Positions 38,023 through 48,974 of a stretch of 64,000 nt of DNA are shown here, one piece after another. Position 1 is the first letter of the stretch. Each line of letters starts with the position of its first letter. The stretch spans positions 1 through 64,000 of IMG/VR virus record IMGVR_UViG_3300049491_000955, one strand, 5' to 3'. The DNA is from a virus. Under the pieces are notes generated by a model, which had not been told where the DNA came from, made no database searches, and saw only the letters and a program-made list of their open reading frames with translations. The position numbers and the translations under genes were made by a program.

Positions 38023-38739
38023 TTATCTATAAAATTCTATAGCTTCTGCAATTGCCAATTTTGGCTCCAAACCTCTATCAGTCAGTCGCATAGCGTAATC
38101 CTCAATTCTATCTATCAACCTCAGGTTGGCTTCGTCGTGAGTGTCGCGCAACGTTTCTTTGGTACATCCTCGTTCTTCGCAAAGTTGTTTAGCTTTCTTG
38201 CCAAATAACGCCAGATTCAAGGTATCAGAAACATTGATGTAGATCCATTGGCGGTAGTTATCAGATACTTCGTGAGTATTTACGTAGTCAGCGATCGCTT
38301 GCGTCCACGTCCTTCTAGATACTTTTCCGGCTATCCTGGACTTAAACCTTTCGTTTCTTTCTGCTTCAGTCCTAACCTTGCCAAACACAATATCAGCACG
38401 GCGCTCAATGGCTTCTGTGGCTGATGCAACTAACAAAGCAATTGCTTTTAGATTTCCTTTGGCAGCCAAAGCTCCCCAAATGGCAGATGCCTGCTCAATA
38501 GTTAAAGGTTTAATTTTACTTATACCCTTAAAATGAATCGGCGGCTTAAGACTTTCCATGCACGGTAAGCTGTCTAGCTTTTCTGACCGAAGAAAGCGCG
38601 GATAGTTTTTATTTATGACATCAACAGCTTCAAAGACTTGATCTTGCGAAAGAATATAACTTCCATCCTCTAGCTGGAAGACATCTAAGGGGATGTTACC
38701 AAGATGAATCGTGACACGAATAACGCTACCATTAGACAT
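38023..38739 (-). CDS. Phage DNA-binding antirepressor-like protein (P63C / KilA-C-like)
   Basis: LDVFQLEDGSY.LSQ.Q...A.ALL.A...EAIERRAD..FG...R..GK..RR....I..Y...ALFG..A..L. Confidence 0.65.
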   Translation of the reverse strand: MSNGSVIRVTIHLGNIPLDVFQLEDGSYILSQDQVFEAVDVINKNYPRFLRSEKLDSLPCMESLKPPIHFKGISKIKPLTIEQASAIWGALAAKGNLKAIALLVASATEAIERRADIVFGKVRTEAERNERFKSRIAGKVSRRTWTQAIADYVNTHEVSDNYRQWIYINVSDTLNLALFGKKAKQLCEERGCTKETLRDTHDEANLRLIDRIEDYAMRLTDRGLEPKLAIAEAIEFYR

Positions 38740-38849
38740 AGCTTGCCTCTTGATCAGGTAAGTCCCAGTGGAATCTTAAGACTAGGAAGTATTAGTAGTA
38801 CTTCTTAGTCTGCTGGGTATCAGATAATATTAACACAAAATATACAGAG

Positions 38850-39440
38850 ATGAAAACCATCAAATTGCTAGGGAAACTTGGGCAGATATTCGGGAGAGAA
38901 TGGCGCGCAGACATTCGTAATGCTTCTCAAGCAATAAAAGCGATCGCGTGTAACTGCCCCAAATTCACAGAGTATCTTTACGCCAGCGAAGAGCAGGGTG
39001 TCAGCTACCGAGTTATCATCGATAAATCTCATCCAGAAGGGATAGACGCAACTCAGTTCGACTATCCAGTAGAAGAAGTAATCATTATTGCGCCAGTAAT
39101 TCAAGGGGCAGGAGGATTTGGTAAAATTCTTTTAGGTGGCGCGCTGATTGCGGCTGCCTTCTTTATGCCTGCTTCCCTTAGCTTCATAGGTCTGTCACTT
39201 AGTTCAACTACCGTGGGATTGCTTGGGGCAGCTTTGGTATTCTCTGGAATCTCTCAGTTAATCTCCCCGCCAAGCAAAACTCCTGCTACTTCGGCGGAGA
39301 AACAAGACTCATATTTATTCGATAGATCTGCTGGGTCTAGTGCTCAAGGGCTACCTATTCCTGTTGGATATGGGGAGAGACTGCTGACGGACTTGATTGT
39401 GATTAGCCAGAACAACGTGGTCGAGCAAATTCCTACTTGA
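38850..39440 (+). CDS. Tail tip assembly protein I (lambda gpI-like)
   Basis: IKL.G.LG..FGR...AI.A...IAPVIQGAG...GISQLISP...SYLF......QG.PIPVGYGE. Confidence 0.92.
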   Translation: MKTIKLLGKLGQIFGREWRADIRNASQAIKAIACNCPKFTEYLYASEEQGVSYRVIIDKSHPEGIDATQFDYPVEEVIIIAPVIQGAGGFGKILLGGALIAAAFFMPASLSFIGLSLSSTTVGLLGAALVFSGISQLISPPSKTPATSAEKQDSYLFDRSAGSSAQGLPIPVGYGERLLTDLIVISQNNVVEQIPT

Positions 39441-39501
39441 TTTTATTGTATTTTGGTTTAAACCTGCTATACTAAATATAATTAAGTAGGTTTAAACCAA
39501 A

Positions 39502-39864
39502 ATGAGTAAGGCAAAAATTGCTTTATCGCTTCGCATTGATGAACACTTGCACAATTCGTTGTCAATGTACTGTGAGCATACAGATACAACAATGACAGAA
39601 ACTATTGCTCAAGCAATTGCAGATTTTCTCAAAAAACAAGAGCAAATAGCTTTCTTAGAAGTGGATGGATTAAATGAAAACTATTGGATTAGAATAGCTT
39701 TTAATCCTTATACTTCAGACTGCATAAATGAAGCGGTTTTGGGGTCTTCCTATGCTGGAACAGAACACCTTTTTGTTAAAAACTTTTCAAGAGAAAAGTT
39801 ATCGGAAGTTTGCGAATCTTTTAAAAACTCAGTAGATCTTGTCGAGAGATTGATAGATATTTAA
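39502..39864 (+). CDS. RHH-domain protein
   Basis: IALSLRIDE.L...L..YC.....M...I..AI..FL. Confidence 0.7.
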   Translation: MSKAKIALSLRIDEHLHNSLSMYCEHTDTTMTETIAQAIADFLKKQEQIAFLEVDGLNENYWIRIAFNPYTSDCINEAVLGSSYAGTEHLFVKNFSREKLSEVCESFKNSVDLVERLIDI

Positions 39865-39897
39865 TAAAATAGCCCGTGTTTTACGGGCTATTTTATT
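39863..39897. terminator. Intrinsic terminator
   Basis: aataaaatAGCCCGTgttttACGGGCTattttatt. Confidence 0.75.
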
Positions 39898-39937
39898 CTT
39901 CGATGACTGTATTGTTGTTAGACAGAGAAAAACAAAA

Positions 39938-40246
39938 ATGTCTCAAAATTATTGGACGGAAATTGAATCAGGCTATGGTTATGGTCACGAAGAATATAAA
40001 GGTTTCTATTTCACTGTTAATGATTTCAATGGCAAATATTATTTTGATCTTTGGGGCAACAAAGAAGACAGTTTGTTTATTAGCAAAGTAATTTTCTTGT
40101 CTAAAGCAGAAGCTCTTGAAGCAGCGCACAAAAAGATAGAAGAAAAAATAAAAGAAGAAGCGGAAGAAGAGCAAGAAAAGTTGCTTTTTAGTAATCAAAT
40201 TTCTAAGATAGCTTCTTTAATAGATAAAATAAAGTTTGAATTGTAA
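39938..40246 (+). CDS. Hypothetical protein
   Basis: ORF track. Confidence 0.6.
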   Translation: MSQNYWTEIESGYGYGHEEYKGFYFTVNDFNGKYYFDLWGNKEDSLFISKVIFLSKAEALEAAHKKIEEKIKEEAEEEQEKLLFSNQISKIASLIDKIKFEL

Positions 40247-40341
40247 TCAAGTGAATTTTATATTAATAATTATACAAAAATTCTTAAAAATATTTTCAAG
40301 AATTTTTGTGTTATAATACTGCCAAATTATTATGAGTTTTT

Positions 40342-43300
40342 ATGGATTTAGGTACGTTAGAAATTAATTTTATTGGCAGCTTTCAACAATTAGATCGGGA
40401 CATTGCAAGAGCAAAGACGATCGCAACTCAAGCTGCCAAAGAAATAGAGTCCAGCTTTAAGAATACAAACTTCAAAATAACGGTTAACGATTCCGCATTA
40501 TCTTCTTTAAATAAACACTTAGACTTCAAAAAAATACATTTTCAGCAAGTACAACAGTACTTCAATCAGAATCCTTTAACTGTTAAAGTTGACGATACCT
40601 CTTTAACAAAATTAAACAAAGAACTAGACATTATTACTAAACAGAGAGACGTAGTAGTAAATGTAAAAGCTAACATTAGGCAAGAAGCAGAACTAGTAGG
40701 AACAGAAGTAGGACAACAAGTAAAAAAATCTTTATCTAATTCTTTCAAAGGACTTGGAAAGGAAGTAAAAGACGCAGTTAGTTTAAACTCTGGCATTACT
40801 CTAGGTATTGGTCAGCTATTTGGATCAATGCTTGGAAGTCAAATGATTTCTGGATTGAAAAGAAATTTAGGAGTAGATGTAAAAGCTGCGATAGGAAGTA
40901 TTTTTGATACTGCCGCAAAACCTTTAAAAGTCTTTGTTGTGGACAACCAAGACTTGAAAGCATCTATAAATAAAGCTGGAGTCTTATTAGAAGAACGCTT
41001 TGAGTCCGCAGGGTATAAAGTAGGGGAAGCAATTATAGCCTCTCTAGAGTCAAAAGCTAGCACGATTGAAGGCAAGTTTAATGCCTTTACCAAAGAATTA
41101 ATTGATCCAAATAAATTTCAGTCACAACTTTCAACGCTTAAAAAAGATATTGTTGACATATCTTCCGACGTAAAAGGATCTCTTTTTAACAAGCAAGCTT
41201 CTCAAGAATTCTTTGGTGGATTAGGCGAAAAGATTTCAAGCAGACGAGAGAAAGGATTACAGACTCGTGCTGTTCCACTTGTTAGAGAAAGAGCTTTACA
41301 AATTTTAGAAGAAAATAAAGCAAGAAATAGTGCCAATGCTGTTACTTCTGAGACAGAGCAAATTTATATTGCTACTGGCGGCTATGCGGGAGCAAGAGGA
41401 CTAAGTGGAAAGAGACTAGCTGGAGACTTGAAGAAACAAATCAGTGCAAATGATTTAGCAATTTGGGTAAAAAATGACGATACAGATTTACCTAAAGAAG
41501 CTATGTCAAAAGCAAAAGAGAAGGCGATCGCTTTAATGACATCTATGGCAAAGCCACATTTGCGTGGTTATTCAAAAGATGCTATAGAAATGGCTGCTCA
41601 AGCGATGGCTGCATTGGAGAAAAACCCCAATGTTAAAGTAAAATTTTTAGGAGAAAGTGGAGGAGGCTTTGCAGCAGAAGAAGCCGAAAAGATTGTAAGT
41701 TTGATGGGATATGGACAGAAAGCTGATTATCTTGGTGTAGGAACTCCTCAATTTATTGGTGGACTGGATTCAAGAAATAGAAAGATTATTTCTCCCGATG
41801 AAACACTTGGCGCAGAAACTCATAAAATGTATGCCAAGCTAGGATTAGCTAATGTCTCTAGTTCTCAACAAAACATACTCGGCGTTTTTGGACATCCTTA
41901 CGAAAATTACAAAGAAGCTGGAATAGCTGAGTTACAAAACTTCATTCAAGGAATGCCAAAGCGCTTTACAAGCGAAGATATTTCTGGAGCCAAAGGAGCG
42001 GCACAAGCTTTTAAAGCGCATGATTTGAAGAAGCTTGACTCTAAGCAATTAGAGAAGTTCTCAGAACAAGCTTTTGCTAATTTACAAATGATTCGTAGAC
42101 AAATTCTTGTTGCAACAACAGAGACGAGACAAGAACTTGAAGAAATAGCAAAAGATTTTGAGGATGTTTACGTTGCTTCTGCGCCTGAAAGCAGGGAATT
42201 TACACAAGCAAGAGAAACGATCGCTAAAGCTCAAAATATTTATAAGCATTTAGTACCTCAAGCTGGACTCGCCGCAGCTAAGGTAGGACAAGAACTTGCA
42301 AAAGAATTAGAATCTCATCAAAAAGAATTTGCTAAAGTTGGTGGACAATACAGCGGTACTTATGGAAGAAAATATCAAAGCATTAACTCTGAGATGAGTG
42401 ACTTGATTGCAAAGCTTCAAGCTACTGAATTGGGAGTTAAAAAAGCAGAAGTAAAAATTCCTTTAACTATTCCGAATGTTCCTGAGAAAGCTTTTGTTGA
42501 ACAATCAGCAAAGCAAGTTAGTCAAGCCGTTGCAGAAACAGCAAAGCAAGTTATAGAGAATACTAAAAAAGAGATAGTAAAAGCTCAGCAGACTTCACCA
42601 AACACAGACAAAATAAAAACTCAAATAGCTGCTATTCAAGAAGCAATTAAAAAATCTCAAGGTTATTTGGCAGGAACTCCTGAACTTTCTTCTGCTTATA
42701 TTGACACAATCTTAAAAGTAGTTCCTGAGATTCAGAAACAATTAAATGAAGCAATTCAAAGCTTGCCAACAGAAGAAAGAATGTCTTCTGAGCTAGGAGT
42801 GCAATTAGCCAACCTAAAATCTCAGATTCCTTCTATGCAGAAGCGAGTTGCAGAGATAGTTAAAAACCTAAACAAAGATATTACTCGTGTTGCTAGTGGA
42901 GAACCTAAAGATTCAATTAAGTCTTTAGGAAATGTTTTCACCGAACAATTAAGAACAGCAAAACAGTTTGGACAAGGATCTACTCAGGGCGATGCTTTAG
43001 CTAAGGATGTTCTTGCTGCAACAGAAAAAGCTCGTCAGTCTATAAGTGATCTACTCGTCTCTTTTGGGCAAGATGTTCCTGAAGTTATCAAAAAAGCAGC
43101 CAAAATTGCTAGACAGCAAATAACAACATCAGAAAAAGGCGCAAAAACTTTTCTTGGTGAAGCTAAAACAGCCGGACTCGATACAGGTGCTGGTTTTAAT
43201 GAAGGATTAAAGCAATCCATTGCTAATGTTCAGAAATCTGCTCAAGCTATGGCACAAATTGCTATAGATGTGACAGAAGAAACCTTAGAAATTCAATCGC

Positions 43301-46300
43301 CTTCAAAAGTGTTTGAAAGAATAGGTCGTTTTGTCGGACAAGGTTTTAAGCAAGGTTTAGATACAATAGGACAAATCAATTTTAAGCAACTCTTTCAAGA
43401 TTTAATCGATTCTCCTGCTGATTCAATAGATAAATTACTTGGAAATTTCTCTAAACTTTCTGGCGCGGCGAAAGCAATCGCTGTTGCTTTTGCAGGATTT
43501 ACTGTTTTTCAGCTTTTTGGATCTCAATTAATAGATTTTGGTAGATCAACTAGTCAGGTTGCAAGTAATCTAGAAAATCTAGAACGACGCATTAAATTTG
43601 TTTCTAACAGCAGCGCAGACGCCAATAAAAACTTAGAATTCTTCCGTGGTAATGCCAAACGCTTAGGCTCTGATATCTCTACATCCTTGACTCAAGGTGG
43701 AGCCTTTGCCGCAGTAACCCGTGGAAGCTCTTTAGAGGGCGATCCAACCAGAAGAATAGTAGGAGCCGTTCAACAAGCTTCTACTGTCTTGGGAGCAACC
43801 CCAGAGCAACAAGAACGCGGTTTGTTAGCACTTCAACAAATGGCAGGAAAAACAATCGTATCTCAAGAAGAGTTACGACAGCAATTAAGTGAGGCTATTC
43901 CTGGTGCAGCGCAAGTGGCGGCAAGGGCTTACGGGTTGACTACCCAAGAAATGAATCAACTGATAGAGAAGGGTCAGATTCTTGCAGAAGATTTTCTGCC
44001 AAGACTAGCACAACAATTATCAATCGAGACTTCTGCTGGCTTGCCCGGCGCGCTCAAAACTTCCGTTTATGCAATGGGTCGCTTTAAGAATGCAACATTA
44101 GAAGCTCAAGAATCAATTGGCAAATTAGCTTTACCATTGCAAACATTCTCTTTAAATGTTTTGAGTGGCGGAATTGAAAAACTTACGGGTATGCTACCTC
44201 TACTGATAAACGGTTTTCAGTTCTTTATTCTGCTCATTACAAAACCTTTTTGGTTCCCAATTATTCAAGGCTTATTCTCAATACAAGCAAATACATTACT
44301 TACAGGAATATCTTTCAAAACATTGGGAGCAAGTATTGCAACTTTCTCTGCTACCGCTCTTACTGCATTGGCTCCTTTGTTACTTCAGTTCTTAGCTTTT
44401 GAAGCAGTTATCTTGATATTTTCTGCGCTAAAAGAACAGTATCAAGACTTCGCTTCAAGCATTAGAGATAATACTAAGCAGATTAATCAATCTATTGATG
44501 AGCTAAACAAATCTTTAAACAAAGTTGGGACAGGAGCCGCTAAGCCTCTTGCTGGGAATACTGAAGAACTTAGGCAGCGATTAGCTTACGAGTATAACGA
44601 TAAAATCCAGAAAAATCCTTTCTCGGTTTTCTCAACTACTCGTGTACCTGTTCAGATAAAAGAACTTGAAGATTATTTGTCAGCTTCCAAAGAACTGTTA
44701 GCAACCTCTCAAAGATTAAAGAAAGAATCAGAGTCATCTACGTCAACAAAAGCTATCAGTGATCTAAAACTTTTGGATGCAGAATATCAACGTGTCCAAA
44801 ATAGACGCAGAGGATTAGAGGTCAACAATCCTGGTGATGCCAAAGGGCGGGAAGCTTTAATAGCGCAAGAACAAGACTTGCTTAGAAAACGCGAAGAAGC
44901 AAACAGGACTCCAACAACTTATCAAACGGCTTATGCTACTCAGGCAAAAACAATCAAAGATTTGATTGAGCTTATGGAGGAGCAGAAGAAAAAAGGTGTT
45001 GTTACCGCAGAGAGCGAAATTCAATTACAGAAACTTAAGAAAGGCTTGGTTGAAGTAACAGAAAAACAAGAGTATTTTGCAAAATCTACCCGTTCATCTC
45101 AAAGCAGTCTGCTTGAATTTGAGCGCAGTTTTGCAAGACTAGATGCTTCCTTGGAGGGAACAAAGTCTAGGCTTGAATCTCTATCCAATATATCAAAAGT
45201 TACTTTGCAGTCTCAGGAAGCTTCTGGGGCAATCACGCCTGGGCAAAATGCGTTCACTGACTCGCTAAAACAACAAGAGCAGATATCTAAACAAGTTGCT
45301 GCAAACATCTCTGTTATCCGTCAGAAATACGCAGAGTTGAACAACCAAAATGCGTTGCAAGTATTAAATGACTTAGGTATTGACAAAAACTCAACTTCTG
45401 CCGAACTTAAAGGAAGAGCGGAAGAAAATCAAGCCAATCCCCAAGTCAAATCAGTCCTCGAAAAACTTGCACAAGTTAGGGATTTAGAAGCCGAAACATA
45501 TAGGCTAAATGCTCAACAAGCAGAACAACAAAACAATCTTGTTAAGCAAATATACGATTCAAATAAAGCCGTCTTAGAATACTATCAATCAATTCAAAGG
45601 CAGACTCAAGAGTTAAGTATTGCAGCCCAAGAAGCAGCCCAGACAATTAAATTAACTAATGTTAAGTCTAAATTAAAAGCAGCAATTTCGGGCACTCAAG
45701 ATAATTTTGTTAACCAATTTGTTGACTCTATCGTTCAGATAACTGAATCTTTGGGACAGATTGCTAATGAAGAAATCCAAGCTAAACGCCAAATCTTACA
45801 AAATGAAAACGCTTACAAAGACATCATTAAACAAGGCGTTGACCTAAATCGAAATCTTCCAGGACTAGCGCCGGGTGCAACAGTTGGTAGCTACACTGGA
45901 GGCTACAATCAATCTCTAGTCTTTCCAATAGGAGGAAGAAATAATTCTACTATTAGTAGCGGTTATGGCGATCGCGTTCATCCGATAAGCGGCAAACACA
46001 AGTTTCATGATGGTGTAGATTATCCCGCGCCAATTGGCACGTCTGTTGTTAGTCCAATGGCAGGTGTTGTTGTTGGGGTCAAATATGAAGCTCGTGGCGG
46101 AGGTAAATATGTAGTTATTGAATCGCTGGATTCCAAAGGGCAGAAAGTAGAGCATACTTTTATGCACTTAGATCAGCAGATGGTGAAAGAAGGACAACAA
46201 GTAGCCGCTGGGCAACAAGTAGGAACTGTCGGCAATACTGGCGGTTCAACTGGTCCACACTTGCATTACAGAACTAGAATCAATGGGCGATCTGTAAATC

Positions 46301-48627
46301 CTATTGATTTCCTGAAATCTGGTACTCTTGGAGCCGGTGGCGGAGGCGGACAAATTCAAACTTCTTCTCCTAGTCCTTATACTGGCAGCACCAAAGCTTC
46401 TTTCTATGGCGCAGGAGATGGATTTGATGGGAAGCCTACAGCTAGCGGGGAAACATTTGATCAAAATAAAATGACTGCTGCTATCAACGAAACCCTTCGT
46501 AAGCAGCTTGGACTAAATTTTGGCACTCAAGTTCAAATCACAAACCCAGCTACCGGACAATCCGTCGTTGTCCGAGTGAACGATCATGGCCCATATGAAA
46601 AAAAAGGAGGAAAGTTTGTTCCCCACAGTACTCGCGGCTTTGATTTAAGCACGTCTGCCGCGCGGGCGATCGGTTTAGACAAGGTTGGCGTAGGCAATGT
46701 AAACTTCCGTGTACTTGGGCAAGGCGGCGCAACCGGTTCTCCTAACTTGAATAACTCTAGAGCTTATTCTTCTGCCAGTGGTTTGGCACAAGGGCAATCG
46801 AATCCTGGTGGTGTAATGATTGGCGCAGGAGGGAAAGTTGCTTTGGATAACTTGAATCAACAGAATGCCCAAGTTATTGCCAAATTTGAAGGAAGTCGGA
46901 AGCTTGCCCAACTTGATGCCGAAAGAAACGCTCGCCGTGCTCAGTCTCAATTAGAAACTAATCGAATTGAAAATCTTCGTAGTACAAAAGCTACACAAAG
47001 AAATTTGGAAGATTCCAGCTTGGGACTGGGCTATCAAACTTATGGAGTCGAAGCGACTCGACAAGCGATCGCAGTTGAACGCAAGTATGAAGATCAGGTA
47101 CAGCAACTTCAAGAGCAACGCGTCAAACAGCAAGAAGCAATAGATACTGCTGAAAGTACTTTGGCTGTGCTGAGATCTAGTACAGACGCAGAGATACCTT
47201 ACAGAAAAGAATACATTCAGAAATTAGAAAAACTTCTTCCTTCTGTTAAAGCAGTTTTGGGACAGATTAACAAACAAATTCTTGATAGCGCAGAAGCAGA
47301 AAGCAAAGAGATTGGAGATATAGAAAAGAAAAGCTATGAAGCTGAAATGATTCGCTTGGGCGAAGCAAAGGACAACTACAGTCAAGGTAGATCTGAAATA
47401 CTAAAACGTAATGCCGCCAATCGACGCACTTTAGCAGAAAGAAGTAGATTAAGTATTCCTGATTTGTTTGCTACTTTGGATGCAGAGAAAGAAGCAGCAT
47501 CCCTTGATGCTAGTGTCGCTTACAACTCAACCATTAGGGCTATTGATGAGCAAATAAAAAAAGAAATCAACAAAGATATTCTTAAGTTATTAAACAGCAG
47601 AAAAGCTCAAGCCTTTGCTTCTTTATTAAAAGCTCCAAGGGAAGCTCAGCAACGCTTTGATCGAGAACTCCTTGATAGACAACTTACAGAAAGAGGAGAG
47701 CACGAAGGACGATTAGATAAAATTTCTGAGTCTAGAAAATCTCTTTTATCGGCTGGCTCTCAATACTTAGGTCGATTCAATCTTGGCACAATTGCAAATC
47801 CTCTGAACAAGAAAATTGCTCAGATGGGTGCTGAGGATGAATATAGAAGAGGCTCACTAGAAATAGAGCAATTAGCAGCCTCTGGTAAATATTCTAATGA
47901 GCAATTATCCGAGCTACGCAAGAATCTAGAAAGCTTGAATACTATCAAGCTGGAAAATATTCGGGCTGAATTTGATGTATGGACTGGGGTAATGGAATCG
48001 ACTAAAGGGCAATTTGAAGGCTTCTTTGGCAGTATGATTCGAGGAACTGCAAGCATTGGAGAAGCTTTTTCAAATCTTATTGGCGGTATCGCTGATAATC
48101 TTGCCAATCTTGCAGCCCAATACCTAACCAATGAAATCTTTGCTTCTATATTTGGGATTTCTAATAAGCCAGCTATTCAAGAATCCGGAGGAGGTGGATT
48201 ACTTGGCGGAGGAATTGGTGGCATACTTGGCGGATTACTCGGCTTTGCTAATGGCGGTGAAATTGGCAATTATGCTAATGGTGGGATTATTGGGGCGATG
48301 CAGCGTGAACGGGCAATGACAGGGCGACGCGCTCACTTAATTGTAGCTTCCGAAGGAGAGCGTATTCTAAATCACAAAGAAGCGCAGATTTGGAATAAAA
48401 TTACCGGGAGGCTTAATTTTGCTTCTGGTGGCATGATCGGAGCAGACGCGGGCACTCTTTCTGCTAGCGCTGGCGTTGGTGGGGGACTTACAATCAATGT
48501 TCCAATAAATGTTGGCAGTGAATCCAAAGGTGCTTTTGATAAGGGCAAAGAAGCCGCCCTTAAACAAGCAATTATCGCTACAGTCGTAAACGAAAGGCGT
48601 CCAGGTGGCAGTTTATACCAAGTTTAA
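40342..48627 (+). CDS. Tape measure protein (2761 aa) with alpha/beta-hydrolase-like, M23 peptidase and RlpA-like domains
   Basis: N-terminal LGTLEI; IQSPSKVF; tape domain ALQQMAGK..VSQEELRQQL.E..PGA; HDGVD...HLH (M23); ASFYG..F.G.PTASGE.FD...VRVND.GP (RlpA); FANGG repeats. Confidence 0.93.
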   Translation: MDLGTLEINFIGSFQQLDRDIARAKTIATQAAKEIESSFKNTNFKITVNDSALSSLNKHLDFKKIHFQQVQQYFNQNPLTVKVDDTSLTKLNKELDIITKQRDVVVNVKANIRQEAELVGTEVGQQVKKSLSNSFKGLGKEVKDAVSLNSGITLGIGQLFGSMLGSQMISGLKRNLGVDVKAAIGSIFDTAAKPLKVFVVDNQDLKASINKAGVLLEERFESAGYKVGEAIIASLESKASTIEGKFNAFTKELIDPNKFQSQLSTLKKDIVDISSDVKGSLFNKQASQEFFGGLGEKISSRREKGLQTRAVPLVRERALQILEENKARNSANAVTSETEQIYIATGGYAGARGLSGKRLAGDLKKQISANDLAIWVKNDDTDLPKEAMSKAKEKAIALMTSMAKPHLRGYSKDAIEMAAQAMAALEKNPNVKVKFLGESGGGFAAEEAEKIVSLMGYGQKADYLGVGTPQFIGGLDSRNRKIISPDETLGAETHKMYAKLGLANVSSSQQNILGVFGHPYENYKEAGIAELQNFIQGMPKRFTSEDISGAKGAAQAFKAHDLKKLDSKQLEKFSEQAFANLQMIRRQILVATTETRQELEEIAKDFEDVYVASAPESREFTQARETIAKAQNIYKHLVPQAGLAAAKVGQELAKELESHQKEFAKVGGQYSGTYGRKYQSINSEMSDLIAKLQATELGVKKAEVKIPLTIPNVPEKAFVEQSAKQVSQAVAETAKQVIENTKKEIVKAQQTSPNTDKIKTQIAAIQEAIKKSQGYLAGTPELSSAYIDTILKVVPEIQKQLNEAIQSLPTEERMSSELGVQLANLKSQIPSMQKRVAEIVKNLNKDITRVASGEPKDSIKSLGNVFTEQLRTAKQFGQGSTQGDALAKDVLAATEKARQSISDLLVSFGQDVPEVIKKAAKIARQQITTSEKGAKTFLGEAKTAGLDTGAGFNEGLKQSIANVQKSAQAMAQIAIDVTEETLEIQSPSKVFERIGRFVGQGFKQGLDTIGQINFKQLFQDLIDSPADSIDKLLGNFSKLSGAAKAIAVAFAGFTVFQLFGSQLIDFGRSTSQVASNLENLERRIKFVSNSSADANKNLEFFRGNAKRLGSDISTSLTQGGAFAAVTRGSSLEGDPTRRIVGAVQQASTVLGATPEQQERGLLALQQMAGKTIVSQEELRQQLSEAIPGAAQVAARAYGLTTQEMNQLIEKGQILAEDFLPRLAQQLSIETSAGLPGALKTSVYAMGRFKNATLEAQESIGKLALPLQTFSLNVLSGGIEKLTGMLPLLINGFQFFILLITKPFWFPIIQGLFSIQANTLLTGISFKTLGASIATFSATALTALAPLLLQFLAFEAVILIFSALKEQYQDFASSIRDNTKQINQSIDELNKSLNKVGTGAAKPLAGNTEELRQRLAYEYNDKIQKNPFSVFSTTRVPVQIKELEDYLSASKELLATSQRLKKESESSTSTKAISDLKLLDAEYQRVQNRRRGLEVNNPGDAKGREALIAQEQDLLRKREEANRTPTTYQTAYATQAKTIKDLIELMEEQKKKGVVTAESEIQLQKLKKGLVEVTEKQEYFAKSTRSSQSSLLEFERSFARLDASLEGTKSRLESLSNISKVTLQSQEASGAITPGQNAFTDSLKQQEQISKQVAANISVIRQKYAELNNQNALQVLNDLGIDKNSTSAELKGRAEENQANPQVKSVLEKLAQVRDLEAETYRLNAQQAEQQNNLVKQIYDSNKAVLEYYQSIQRQTQELSIAAQEAAQTIKLTNVKSKLKAAISGTQDNFVNQFVDSIVQITESLGQIANEEIQAKRQILQNENAYKDIIKQGVDLNRNLPGLAPGATVGSYTGGYNQSLVFPIGGRNNSTISSGYGDRVHPISGKHKFHDGVDYPAPIGTSVVSPMAGVVVGVKYEARGGGKYVVIESLDSKGQKVEHTFMHLDQQMVKEGQQVAAGQQVGTVGNTGGSTGPHLHYRTRINGRSVNPIDFLKSGTLGAGGGGGQIQTSSPSPYTGSTKASFYGAGDGFDGKPTASGETFDQNKMTAAINETLRKQLGLNFGTQVQITNPATGQSVVVRVNDHGPYEKKGGKFVPHSTRGFDLSTSAARAIGLDKVGVGNVNFRVLGQGGATGSPNLNNSRAYSSASGLAQGQSNPGGVMIGAGGKVALDNLNQQNAQVIAKFEGSRKLAQLDAERNARRAQSQLETNRIENLRSTKATQRNLEDSSLGLGYQTYGVEATRQAIAVERKYEDQVQQLQEQRVKQQEAIDTAESTLAVLRSSTDAEIPYRKEYIQKLEKLLPSVKAVLGQINKQILDSAEAESKEIGDIEKKSYEAEMIRLGEAKDNYSQGRSEILKRNAANRRTLAERSRLSIPDLFATLDAEKEAASLDASVAYNSTIRAIDEQIKKEINKDILKLLNSRKAQAFASLLKAPREAQQRFDRELLDRQLTERGEHEGRLDKISESRKSLLSAGSQYLGRFNLGTIANPLNKKIAQMGAEDEYRRGSLEIEQLAASGKYSNEQLSELRKNLESLNTIKLENIRAEFDVWTGVMESTKGQFEGFFGSMIRGTASIGEAFSNLIGGIADNLANLAAQYLTNEIFASIFGISNKPAIQESGGGGLLGGGIGGILGGLLGFANGGEIGNYANGGIIGAMQRERAMTGRRAHLIVASEGERILNHKEAQIWNKITGRLNFASGGMIGADAGTLSASAGVGGGLTINVPINVGSESKGAFDKGKEAALKQAIIATVVNERRPGGSLYQV

Positions 48628-48839
48628 TCTTCTTCTTCTTCTTCTTCTTCTTTGCAGTCTTTAAGAATTATTTCAAATTCTTCAATAGCAATAATTGCCA
48701 TTTTTACGCAAGCAACTTCTTGAGGATGCGTAGCAGTTTGCATTTTGTAATTATCAGAAACGTGATAGCCTTGCACAGCATAAAATTTCTTCGCAAGTCT
48801 TTCAATCAACAAATCTCTGTAAAAAACTCCTAATTCCAT
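48624..48839 (-). CDS. Small protein, paralog of 49141-49371
   Basis: LIERLAKKFYAVQGY...MQ.A......CV.MAIIA. Confidence 0.7.
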   Translation of the reverse strand: MELGVFYRDLLIERLAKKFYAVQGYHVSDNYKMQTATHPQEVACVKMAIIAIEEFEIILKDCKEEEEEEED

Positions 48840-48974
48840 CGCCCCCCCTCTTTTTCTTTTCTTTTTACTACTATAACTCATAATATCTCTTTTAGTAATA
48901 CCTTAGTCAATATTCCTTTGTGTAGCGAAGTAAGTCAACCTCTACAGGGTTTTCGTCATTTTTGCCCTTCATTT

